Of a DNA stretch of 24,000 nucleotides, positions 16,032-23,617 are shown one piece after another. This stretch comes from Candidatus Aquidulcis sp. (GTDB taxonomy: Bacteria > Chloroflexota > Anaerolineae > UBA4142), in the NCBI GenBank assembly GCA_020723345.1, contig DYJA01000022.1, positions 29,308-53,307 of the forward strand. Reading direction: 5' to 3'. Positions within the stretch are counted from its first letter, which is position 1. Every line of letters starts with the position of its first letter. The notes beneath the pieces were generated by a model. It was not told the origin of the DNA. It saw nothing but the letters and a program-made list of their open reading frames with translations, and ran no database searches. Position numbers and translations under genes: made by a program.

Positions 16032-17006
16032 ATGGGAACGACACTCACATTCGAGCAAGCCGTCGAACTGTTTCGACGCCACAATCAAATTTTCGTCGCG
16101 GCGCACATCATGCCGGACGGTGACTGCATCGGCTCCGCGCTCGGCTTGACGTGGGCGCTGCGAAAAATCGGCAAGACGGTGACGGTGACGTGTCCCGATC
16201 ACGTTTCGAACACGTTCAAGTTTTTGCCGGGCTTTGAAGAGCTCGCGCCCAAGACGCCGACCGGCGAAGAGTTCCTGGTTTTCGTGGACGGCAGCTCGGC
16301 GGATCGCTTTGGCGCGGCGTACGATCCGGCGAAATTCAACGGCAGACCGGTGCTCGTCATCGATCATCACGTCACCAACGATAATTTCGCGCCGCTCAAT
16401 TTCGTGGATCGGCGCGTCGCGTCCACCGCCGAAATCATTTTTCGTTTCGTCAACGCGTTCGGCGTATCGTTCGACCGCAACCTCGCGCAGTGTTTGCTGA
16501 CCGGCATCGTCACCGACACGCTCGGCTTTCGCACCGCGAACACGACGGTCGACACGCTCAAGACCGTGACCGCGTTGATGGAAGCGGGCGGCTCGATTCC
16601 CGAAATCATCGAACATTCCTTCAACCAAGTTCCGCTGGCGAGTTTGCGATTGCGCGGCAAGATTTTCAGCAGCGCGATGCTCGACGGCGTGATTCTGTGG
16701 GCGGAGGTGCCGTTCAAGTTGCAGCGCGAACTGGGGTTGAACGGCAACGGCACCGGCGGCATCATCAATCAATTGCTCAGCGTCGAGGACGCGAAGATCG
16801 CCGCGCTGTTCACCGAAAAAGAAAACGGCAAAATCGACATTGGCTTGCGTTCGCGCGTCGGCTACGATGTCGCGGCAATCGCCGCGCGGCTCGGCGGCGG
16901 CGGACACAAACAGGCGTCGGGCGCGTTGCTGGACGGACCGCTGGCGGCGGCGCGGGAACGCGTGCTTGCCGAGATCAAAAAGGCGATCAGTCAATCGGGC
17001 AACTAG
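16032..17006 (+). CDS. nrnA: DHH/DHHA1 phosphoesterase (NrnA-like oligoribonuclease / pAp phosphatase)
   Basis: HIMPDGDCIGSALGL, LVIDHHVTN, GIVTDTLGF and GGGGHKQASGA motifs. The last 7 codons (ISQSGN*) are supplied by the downstream repeat element. Confidence 0.88.
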   Translation: MGTTLTFEQAVELFRRHNQIFVAAHIMPDGDCIGSALGLTWALRKIGKTVTVTCPDHVSNTFKFLPGFEELAPKTPTGEEFLVFVDGSSADRFGAAYDPAKFNGRPVLVIDHHVTNDNFAPLNFVDRRVASTAEIIFRFVNAFGVSFDRNLAQCLLTGIVTDTLGFRTANTTVDTLKTVTALMEAGGSIPEIIEHSFNQVPLASLRLRGKIFSSAMLDGVILWAEVPFKLQRELGLNGNGTGGIINQLLSVEDAKIAALFTEKENGKIDIGLRSRVGYDVAAIAARLGGGGHKQASGALLDGPLAAARERVLAEIKKAISQSGN

Positions 17007-17066
17007 GCAATCAGTCAATCAGGCGATCAGGCGACCGATTGCCCGATTGACTGATTGACCAATCAC
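16983..17066. repeat. heptamer-word palindromic element spanning the nrnA stop and the truB upstream region
   Basis: Perfect 15-bp inverted repeat CAGTCAATCGGGCAA (16988-17002) / TTGCCCGATTGACTG (17039-17053), extendable by about 4 bp. The text is built of GATTGAC / CAATCAG / GGCGATC words with 7-nt phasing. Confidence 0.88.
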
Positions 17067-17151
17067 CATGTCCCAATGTTCCATCTGCGGCGCGCCGCAC
17101 GCGTGCCCCTTTCAACTTACGCCGCCACTTGCGCCTGCCCCGCCGCGCGGA

Positions 17152-18039
17152 ATGCACGGCATCTTCAACGTGAACAAGCCCGCGGGCTTGACCTCGCACC
17201 AAGTCGTCCACGCGATCCGCAAATCCTCCGGTCTCGCGCGCGTTGGTCACGCCGGCACGCTCGATCCGCTGGCGACCGGCGTGCTGCTCGTTTGCGTCGG
17301 GCAAGCGGTACGCGTGACGGAATATTTGATCGACCACGATAAAAAATATCGCGCGCGCGTCCGACTTGGAATTGAAACGGACACGTACGACGCGGAAGGC
17401 GCAGTCGTCGCGCAGCGCGCGGTGACCGCGACGCGCGAGCAGGTCGAAACCGCGCTCGCGAGTTTCGTCGGCAAGCAATCGCAAATGCCGCCCGCGTACT
17501 CGGCGATCAAAAAAGACGGCGTGCGCCTGTACGATCTCGCGCGGCGCGGCGTTCAAGTCGAACGGACGCCGCGCGCCGTCGAAATTTTCTCGATCAACGC
17601 GCGCGAGATCGCGCTGCCCGACGTCGAGTTCGACGTGCATTGCAGCAAGGGGACGTACATCCGCTCGCTCGCGCACGACCTCGGCGAAAAACTGGGTTGC
17701 GGCGCGACGCTGACCGCGCTGACGCGCACGGCGAGCGGACGATTCGCGCTCGACGACGCGGTTTCGCTCGATCAACTGCGCGCCGCCTTTGACAAAAAGT
17801 GCGCGGCGCATTATTTGAATCCGCTCGACGAAGCGCTGCTGCAATTTCAAGCCGTCGTCGTCAACGCCGAAAGCGCGCGGCGCGTCACGCTCGGCAATAG
17901 TTTGGACTGCGAACGCGAGTACGCCACGCCGCTGCTCCGCGCTTACGCGCCAAGCGGACAGTGTATCGCGCTGCTGGAGCGCGGCAGGCGAGCGGGAGAG
18001 TGGAAACCGCAAAAAGTTTTCGGGATTCAAGATTCGTAG
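17152..18039 (+). CDS. truB: tRNA pseudouridine(55) synthase TruB
   Basis: MHGIFNVNKPAGLTSHQVV is the canonical N-terminus, and GHAGTLDPLATGVLLVCVG is the catalytic Asp motif. The ORF-track start 17068 adds 28 non-homologous residues and remains possible. Confidence 0.92.
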   Translation: MHGIFNVNKPAGLTSHQVVHAIRKSSGLARVGHAGTLDPLATGVLLVCVGQAVRVTEYLIDHDKKYRARVRLGIETDTYDAEGAVVAQRAVTATREQVETALASFVGKQSQMPPAYSAIKKDGVRLYDLARRGVQVERTPRAVEIFSINAREIALPDVEFDVHCSKGTYIRSLAHDLGEKLGCGATLTALTRTASGRFALDDAVSLDQLRAAFDKKCAAHYLNPLDEALLQFQAVVVNAESARRVTLGNSLDCEREYATPLLRAYAPSGQCIALLERGRRAGEWKPQKVFGIQDS

Positions 18040-18047
18040 ATTCGAAC

Positions 18048-19127
18048 ATGAAACAACCATCTTGGAATAATCTGCCCCTCGTGGATTCGCATCTCGACCT
18101 CGCAGAAAATGTGACACTGTTCGGACGTGACCTGACCCTGAGCGCGGCTGAAATCAGAACGATAGAAAAACGCGCCACGCGGCAAGCGACCGTTTCGCTC
18201 CCCGAACTCGAGCGCGGTGGCATCGCCGTGGTATTTGCGACAGTGACCGCAGGTTTTTTGGCGGCGGACGTTGGCGAGAACTTTGAACCGCGCTCGGCAA
18301 TTTACCATACACCTGAGGAAGCCGAAACGCAGGCGCTGACCCAGATTGCGTTGTACGAAGCGTGGGAAAAGCAAGGACGCGTGCGACTGCTCAAATCGGT
18401 CAATGACTTGAATCATCACTTGCAATTGTGGCAGAATGATCGTAAACCGGGTCTGGTTATGCTCATGGAAGGCGCAGACCCAATCGTTCGCGTCCGTGAC
18501 CTATCGCAGTGGTGGCAACGCGGTCTTCGGATGATCGGGCTTTCGTTTGGCGACACGAAATATGGAACTGGAGTGTGCGGAGGTAATTCAACGTTCAAGC
18601 AGGGTGGCTTGACGGCGGAGGGTTTTGCATTGCTTGAGCAGATGGCAGAACTGGGTTTTGTCTGGGATATTTCACATCTGGCTGAAGAGGGAATATGGCA
18701 AGGGCTGGACCGCAAGTTTCCGCGCGTGTGCGCGTCACATGCGAACGCGCAAGCCCTGACTCCAACCGACCGACATTTGAGCGACGACGTCATTCGCGCC
18801 ATCGCGGAACGGAATGGAGTGATGGGTCTCGTCCTGTACAACGGTTTTCTCGAACCGCGTTGGAAACAAGACACATCGATCGCGGTCACGCTGGACGACC
18901 ACCTGCGACGACAAGCGAACTATGTGGCGAATCTCGCTGGTTGGGAGCACGTCGGCATCGGATCTGATTTGGATGGCGGCTTTGGTCTTGAAGAGAGTCC
19001 CGCAGAAATCGATACAGTGGCTGATTTGCGCAAAGTAGGGTCCGTCGTACCGGCTGAGGTTCGCGAGCAAGTGCTGAGCGCGAACTGGCTAAATTTTCTT
19101 CGATCTGCGCTACCGCAAACCGCATAA
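18048..19127 (+). CDS. peptidase M19 family membrane-dipeptidase homologue
   Basis: LVDSHLDLAEN, LMEGADPI, GLRMIGLSFGD, GFVWDISHL, CASHANA and HVGIGSDLDGGFG follow the M19 metal-ligand pattern. ATG 18048 is 9 nt after the truB stop. Confidence 0.85.
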   Translation: MKQPSWNNLPLVDSHLDLAENVTLFGRDLTLSAAEIRTIEKRATRQATVSLPELERGGIAVVFATVTAGFLAADVGENFEPRSAIYHTPEEAETQALTQIALYEAWEKQGRVRLLKSVNDLNHHLQLWQNDRKPGLVMLMEGADPIVRVRDLSQWWQRGLRMIGLSFGDTKYGTGVCGGNSTFKQGGLTAEGFALLEQMAELGFVWDISHLAEEGIWQGLDRKFPRVCASHANAQALTPTDRHLSDDVIRAIAERNGVMGLVLYNGFLEPRWKQDTSIAVTLDDHLRRQANYVANLAGWEHVGIGSDLDGGFGLEESPAEIDTVADLRKVGSVVPAEVREQVLSANWLNFLRSALPQTA

Positions 19128-19135
19128 TAGTTCAA

Positions 19136-20074
19136 ATGGAAATTATCCGCGACATCAACACAGTTCATCTCAATCGCCCCACCGTCCTGACCATCGGCTC
19201 GTTCGATGGAATTCATCGCGGGCATCAATATCTCGTGAGCCGCGTCGTCACGCGCGCGAAAGAGATCGGCGCGGACAGCGCGCTGATCACGCTGCACCCG
19301 CATCCCAAAGTCGTCTTGCGCGCGACTTTACCGCTGCGCTATCTGAGTACGATTGAAGAGCGCTTGGACTGGCTCGTGCCGCTCGGCTTGGATTACGTCG
19401 TCGTGTTCCCGTTCAGTTTGGAAACGTCGCAGATCCGCGCGCGCGATTTTGTGCAGTTGCTTGTGGATCGTCTGCGCCTCGTCGAAATCATTTGCGGCAA
19501 AGATTTCGCGCTCGGCTACAAACGCGAAGGCACTGTCGAATTCTTGCGCGCGCTCGGACAGGAAAAAGGTTTCGCCGTGACGGTCGTCGAGCCGCAAGCG
19601 TTCGAGGGGCAAATCGTTTCGAGCACGCGCGTGCGCGATCTGATCGCGCGAGGCGAAATGGACGAGGCGACGCGTTTGCTCGGACGCTATCCATCAGTGC
19701 GCGGGCGCGTGATCGAAGGCGACAAGCGCGGGCGCACGCTCGGCTTTCCGACCGCGAATCTCGCGATTGCGGAGCGCCGGTTGATCCCCGCCGACGGCAT
19801 TTACGCGGCGCGCGTGAGAATCGGCGATCAGTGGTTCGGCGGCGCGGCGAACATCGGCATCCGTCCGACGTTCGACAAGGGGCAGCGGTTAGTCGAGGTG
19901 TACGTTTTGGATTTCGACGGCGATCTGTACGATCAGGTGATCGAAGTACAATTCGTCGAGCGGCTGCGCGCGGAAATAAAATTTGAGAGTGCGAACGCGC
20001 TCGTCGAGCAGATGCAGCGCGATGTCGCGGAAACGCGGCGCGTGCTCGCGCGAGAGAATCACGATGCCAAGTGA
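19136..20074 (+). CDS. ribF: bifunctional riboflavin kinase / FMN adenylyltransferase
   Basis: LTIGSFDGIHRGHQYL, GFPTANL and the GIRPTF...VEVYVLDFDGDLYDQ motifs. Confidence 0.95.
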   Translation: MEIIRDINTVHLNRPTVLTIGSFDGIHRGHQYLVSRVVTRAKEIGADSALITLHPHPKVVLRATLPLRYLSTIEERLDWLVPLGLDYVVVFPFSLETSQIRARDFVQLLVDRLRLVEIICGKDFALGYKREGTVEFLRALGQEKGFAVTVVEPQAFEGQIVSSTRVRDLIARGEMDEATRLLGRYPSVRGRVIEGDKRGRTLGFPTANLAIAERRLIPADGIYAARVRIGDQWFGGAANIGIRPTFDKGQRLVEVYVLDFDGDLYDQVIEVQFVERLRAEIKFESANALVEQMQRDVAETRRVLARENHDAK

Positions 20075-20561
20075 AATCAATCTGCGCTACAAATTAACCG
20101 AAGACGAATTGCTGAGTATGACTCGCATGTCCGTGATGCGCGCGTGGTATCTGCGCCTCACGTTCATTCTTGCGCTCGTCGTCTTTCTCGGCGGCGGTGT
20201 GGCGGTGCTGTTGGGAATCGAGGGAATCGAACCGTTCATTCTTGCATCGGGCGCAATCGTGCTCTACTTTTCGTTGCTCTATTACAACCCGCTCACGCGT
20301 TGGCGCGTTCATCGCGAGCCAAAATATTTTGTCGAGCACGCGTGGCGTTTTGACGAAGATGGCGTCAGCAGCAAAACCGAATTTGCCGAATCGAAAAACG
20401 TATGGAGCGCGTACCCCAAAGTGAAAGAGAACGCGCGATTCTTTATGCTCTACGTCGACGCGAATCGATTCGCGCCGATTCCCAAACGCGCCTTTACTAA
20501 CCGCGAGCAAGCCGATCATTTTCGGGAATTGCTCAAGCGCAAGATCGCGCGCTGGGAGTAG
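20064..20561 (+). CDS. YcxB-like membrane protein (two TM helices + C-terminal domain)
   Basis: ATG 20064 overlaps the ribF end by 11 nt. Two hydrophobic helices (LRLTFILALVVFLGGGVAVLL; FILASGAIVLYFSLLYY), then a FFMLYVDANRFAPIPKRAF pattern typical of the YcxB family (by eye). Confidence 0.65.
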   Translation: MPSEINLRYKLTEDELLSMTRMSVMRAWYLRLTFILALVVFLGGGVAVLLGIEGIEPFILASGAIVLYFSLLYYNPLTRWRVHREPKYFVEHAWRFDEDGVSSKTEFAESKNVWSAYPKVKENARFFMLYVDANRFAPIPKRAFTNREQADHFRELLKRKIARWE

Positions 20562-20606
20562 GGGCGAAGCACACTTGCCCTGGCGGGACGCAAGTGTGCT
20601 TCGCCC
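20562..20606 (+). terminator. strong hairpin immediately after the YcxB-like gene (terminator candidate, weak U-tract)
   Basis: Perfect 17-bp stem GGGCGAAGCACACTTGC (20562-20578) / GCAAGTGTGCTTCGCCC (20590-20606), 11-nt loop, followed by TTCACTT. Confidence 0.55.
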
Positions 20607-20616
20607 TTCACTTGAG

Positions 20617-20656
20617 TAGACGGACGCCGCGAATTGCCGTATAATATTCGCGGCGT
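20617..20656 (+). promoter_or_regulatory. archease-rtcB promoter with its -10 box inside an 11-bp inverted repeat
   Basis: TAGACG (20617-20622), 17 nt, TATAAT (20640-20645). Inverted repeat ACGCCGCGAAT (20624-20634) / ATTCGCGGCGT (20646-20656) brackets the -10. No SD precedes ATG 20664. Confidence 0.5.
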
Positions 20657-20663
20657 TAAATTT

Positions 20664-21077
20664 ATGGCGATAAAACGCTTTGAGGAAATTCCGCATACCG
20701 CCGATTGGTCGTTCCGCGCGTTCGGCGAAGATTTGCGCGCGTTGTTCGAGAACGCCGCGCACGCGCTCTTTGCGTTGCAAGGGGCGCGCGCGCGCGAACA
20801 CGCGCCTGAAATCGCGCGCGTCGTCGCGGTCAGCGCAATCGATTACGAAGCGCTCCTCGTCAACTGGCTGACCGAATTGTTGTGGCTGCAAGAATCGCAG
20901 CGCGAGACGTACGCGCGCTTTCACATCGAAGCACTCTCGCCGACAGGATTGCGCGCGCAAGTTTTCGGCGCGCCGCTCGCGCATCTCGACAAGATCATCA
21001 AAGCAGTGACGTATCACAATTTGGAAATCAAACAAACGGCGGAGGGATGGCAGGCAACCATTGTTGTAGATGTGTGA
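20664..21077 (+). CDS. archease (RtcB activator/chaperone)
   Basis: 137 aa. FEEIPHTADWSFRAFG at the N-terminus and IKAVTYHNLEI near the C-terminus are archease signatures. It lies directly upstream of rtcB. Confidence 0.9.
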   Translation: MAIKRFEEIPHTADWSFRAFGEDLRALFENAAHALFALQGARAREHAPEIARVVAVSAIDYEALLVNWLTELLWLQESQRETYARFHIEALSPTGLRAQVFGAPLAHLDKIIKAVTYHNLEIKQTAEGWQATIVVDV

Positions 21078-21080
21078 GTC

Positions 21081-21147
21081 GAGTATTCAGTGTTCAGTAT
21101 TCAGTGTTCGGTATCCAGTGTTCAACAACCCGGACACTGAATACTGG
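21081..21147. repeat. heptamer array + inverted arm hairpin between archease and rtcB
   Basis: gagtatt cagtgtt cagtatt cagtgtt cggtatc cagtgtt ... The 13-bp perfect stem CAGTATTCAGTGT (21095-21107) / ACACTGAATACTG (21134-21146) is extendable to about 17 bp. The rtcB SD GGAGG (21146-21150) touches the 3' arm. Confidence 0.88.
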
Positions 21148-21155
21148 AGGTTGCG

Positions 21156-22607
21156 ATGATCACCAAGCAAAACTTTGAACGCATAACGGATTACATCTGG
21201 CAAGTGCCGCAGAATTTTCGCGGCGATATGCGCGCGCCCGCGCGCCTGTACGCAAGCGAAGAACTGTTGGAAGACGCGCTGCAAGATCAATCGGTCGAGC
21301 AGTTGATCAACACCGCGACGCTGCCCGGTGTCGTCAAGTACGCGATCTCAATGCCGGACATTCATCAGGGCTATGGTTTTCCGATTGGCGGCGTCGTCGC
21401 GACGCAAGCGCCGGACGGCGTGATTTCGCCGGGCGGAGTCGGGTACGATATCAATTGCGGCGTTCGTTTGCTCGCGTCGCATCTCCGCGCGGAAGAAATC
21501 GTGCGGCAGATCAAAGACCTCGCGACCGCGCTGTACAAAAACTGTCCGAGCGGCGTCGGTTCGGAAGGAAGCGTCCCGCTCAACGCGAAACAACTCGACG
21601 ATGTGCTAGAGCAAGGCAGCGAGTGGGCAGTGAAAAATGGCTACGCGCGCCGCAAAGATTTGCAGCGCACCGAGGAATTCGGCAAGATGCCCGGCGCGGA
21701 CGCGGGCGCGGTTTCCCAACGCGCGAAAGCGCGCGGGCGCGATCAACTCGGCACGCTCGGCGCGGGGAATCATTTCATCGAAGTGGATCACGTCGCGCAA
21801 GTGTACGACGCGCAAATCGCGGAGCGGCTCGGCTTGTTCTCCGAGCAAATCGTCGTGCAGATTCACTGCGGTTCGCGCGGGTTGGGGCATCAAGTCTGTA
21901 CCGATTACGTGAACGATTTTCAGCGCGCGGTGCGCGAGTACCAGATCGAACTGCCCGACCGCGAACTCGTCTGTGCGCCGCTCAACTCGCCGGAAGGGCA
22001 AACATATTTTCAAGCGATGGCGGCGTCCGCGAATTTCGCGTTTGCGAATCGGCAAGTTCTCGCGTTCCACATCCGGCGGTCGTTTGAAGAAGTACTCGCC
22101 GGCATCGTCAAGGATTTCGATCTGTTCCAGATTTATGACATCGCGCACAACATGGCAAAGGTCGAGGAGCACGACATCGAAGGCAAGCGCGTCAAGGTGT
22201 GCGTGCATCGCAAAGGCGCGACGCGCGCGTTCGGTCCGGGGTCAGACGTGCTGCCGGACGACTTGCGCGACATCGGTCAGCCGGTGCTGATTCCCGGATC
22301 GATGGGCACCGCGTCGTACGTGCTGATCGGCACCGCCGCGTCCATGGCTGAAACGTTTGGCTCGACGTGCCACGGCGCGGGACGCGTGATGAGTCGCGCG
22401 AAAGCGAAAAAGGAAGTGCGCGGCGAAAAACTGCGCGAAGAACTCGCGGCGCGCGGCATCGTCGTGCGCGCCGGATCGATGCCGGGACTCGCGGAGGAAG
22501 CGCCGCAGGCGTACAAGGACGTATCGCGCGTCGTCGAGGTGGTGCATCGCGCGGGCATCGGGCGCAGGGTCGCGCGGTTGGAGCCGGTGGCGGTAATCAA
22601 GGGATGA
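21156..22607 (+). CDS. rtcB: RNA 3'-phosphate/2',3'-cyclic phosphate ligase RtcB
   Basis: 483 aa with [54 protein letters not shown] and CHGAGR motifs. Confidence 0.97.
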   Translation: MITKQNFERITDYIWQVPQNFRGDMRAPARLYASEELLEDALQDQSVEQLINTATLPGVVKYAISMPDIHQGYGFPIGGVVATQAPDGVISPGGVGYDINCGVRLLASHLRAEEIVRQIKDLATALYKNCPSGVGSEGSVPLNAKQLDDVLEQGSEWAVKNGYARRKDLQRTEEFGKMPGADAGAVSQRAKARGRDQLGTLGAGNHFIEVDHVAQVYDAQIAERLGLFSEQIVVQIHCGSRGLGHQVCTDYVNDFQRAVREYQIELPDRELVCAPLNSPEGQTYFQAMAASANFAFANRQVLAFHIRRSFEEVLAGIVKDFDLFQIYDIAHNMAKVEEHDIEGKRVKVCVHRKGATRAFGPGSDVLPDDLRDIGQPVLIPGSMGTASYVLIGTAASMAETFGSTCHGAGRVMSRAKAKKEVRGEKLREELAARGIVVRAGSMPGLAEEAPQAYKDVSRVVEVVHRAGIGRRVARLEPVAVIKG

Positions 22608-22644
22608 CGCGGCAATGAGCCAACTCGCTGTTGATTCATGGTAT

Positions 22645-22673
22645 TTGCCTTCGGAGAAATTCGACCGTATAAT
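22645..22673 (+). promoter_or_regulatory. promoter at the start of the AT-rich islet
   Basis: TTGCCT (22645-22650), 17 nt, TATAAT (22668-22673). Confidence 0.55.
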
Positions 22674-22687
22674 CTGCACATAGTCTA

Positions 22688-22751
22688 TTATGCAGAAAAA
22701 ATTCCGCATAACTACCCCAGCGGGGTCTTATGCGGAATCGTTTCCGCATAA
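22688..22751. promoter_or_regulatory. two tandem 8-N8-8 palindromes (TTATGCRG-N8-CCGCATAA), operator- or attenuator-like
   Basis: Half-sites TTATGCAG 22688-22695, CCGCATAA 22704-22711, TTATGCGG 22728-22735 and CCGCATAA 22744-22751. The centres are 40 bp apart. The middle pair extends to an 11-bp inverted repeat (ATTCCGCATAA / TTATGCGGAAT) enclosing a CCCCAGCGGGG mini-hairpin. Confidence 0.6.
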
Positions 22752-22786
22752 AACGTAGTTGGGCAGGTTCTTCCAAAGGAGTAGTC

Positions 22787-23443
22787 ATGATTCATACTCA
22801 ATCAATGAAAACCTTCTGGGCATCTTGGCTCTTATGGATATTTGCCAACACGATAGGTGCGGCAATAGGATTGGCAATAACTCTTGTTGCCATTTACGTT
22901 ATTGGATTTGATAACGACAGCACCATACCGCTTGTATACGTTATTGGATTTAATTACGACAGTAGTACCATATCGCCTGTTTTAGTAGTCGCTACTACCA
23001 TTTGCATTGGGGCTTCCCAATGGTTCATAGTCCGTAAATACGCAACTCGCGCTGTCTTGTGGATAGTGGCGAGCGTATTTGGAGTCTTTCTTGGGGCTAT
23101 CGCCATTGGACTCGTAGCGTGGATTGCTAATATAACCATTGGTGTTGATAGAATGTCAAAAGTAATGCAAGGTGCATTTTCTATGGCTGTGCCACTAACA
23201 CTGTATGGAGCATCAGTTGGCTTCACGCAATGGCTATTCCTTCGCAAACATACTATTCACGCAAATACAAACTGGTGGATCTTAGCCAGCGCCATCGGTG
23301 CCGCGTTGCTTGGGATTTTCATTGGCAATTGGATGGGTAATATTGCTGAACTAATTTTTATTTTGGTTGGAACAATTCCCGCCATAATAACGGGGTTCGT
23401 TTGGGCAATGCTCTTACAACAACCTCTAAGATCAGCACAGTAA
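22787..23443 (+). CDS. polytopic membrane protein with internal W-W-I-x-A-x3-G repeats, unknown function
   Basis: AAAGGAG SD 5 nt before ATG 22787. About 6 hydrophobic helices. A recurrent motif appears three times: SWLLWIFANTIGAAIG, AVLWIVASVFGVFLG and NWWILASAIGAALLG, the latter two preceded by QWFIVRK / QWLFLRK. AT-rich codon usage, unlike the rest of the window. Confidence 0.7.
   Translation: MIHTQSMKTFWASWLLWIFANTIGAAIGLAITLVAIYVIGFDNDSTIPLVYVIGFNYDSSTISPVLVVATTICIGASQWFIVRKYATRAVLWIVASVFGVFLGAIAIGLVAWIANITIGVDRMSKVMQGAFSMAVPLTLYGASVGFTQWLFLRKHTIHANTNWWILASAIGAALLGIFIGNWMGNIAELIFILVGTIPAIITGFVWAMLLQQPLRSAQ
22895..22981 (+). repeat. in-frame tandem duplication (42 + 45 bp) inside the membrane-protein gene
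   Basis: tacgttattggatttgataacgacag... (22895-22936) is repeated as tacgttattggatttaattacgacagtag... (22937-22981). The first 15 nt are identical. The encoded peptides are YVIGFDNDSTIPLV and YVIGFNYDSSTISPV. Confidence 0.8.
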
Positions 23444-23617
23444 AACATAAAACCTGCCCAACATAGCGTGCAGCGGACGGTTTGCCACGTACCGTTAAAG
23501 GGGGTTTATCTGCTCGAAGATATTGTTCCGTTTAGTGGCGTGGTTCTCGTGGCAAACCGCCGCTAACGCTTGCCGTTGGCTGGCTTAAGAGCAACAATCA
23601 ATGCAAATGGTAAATCA

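Noticed and set aside
17068-17151. Cys-rich (CSICGAPHAC) N-terminal extension of TruB as a zinc-binding domain.
   Set aside because: It is not part of any TruB I know, it starts at the edge of the repeat element and it has no SD. It is probably untranslated, but this cannot be excluded without data.
17961-18047. Upstream extension of the dipeptidase ORF overlapping truB; likewise 19983-20063 for the YcxB-like gene.
   Set aside because: The extensions overlap the 3' ends of well-supported genes in another frame. The internal ATGs give N-termini that match the family (LVDSHLDL) or a natural TM-protein start.
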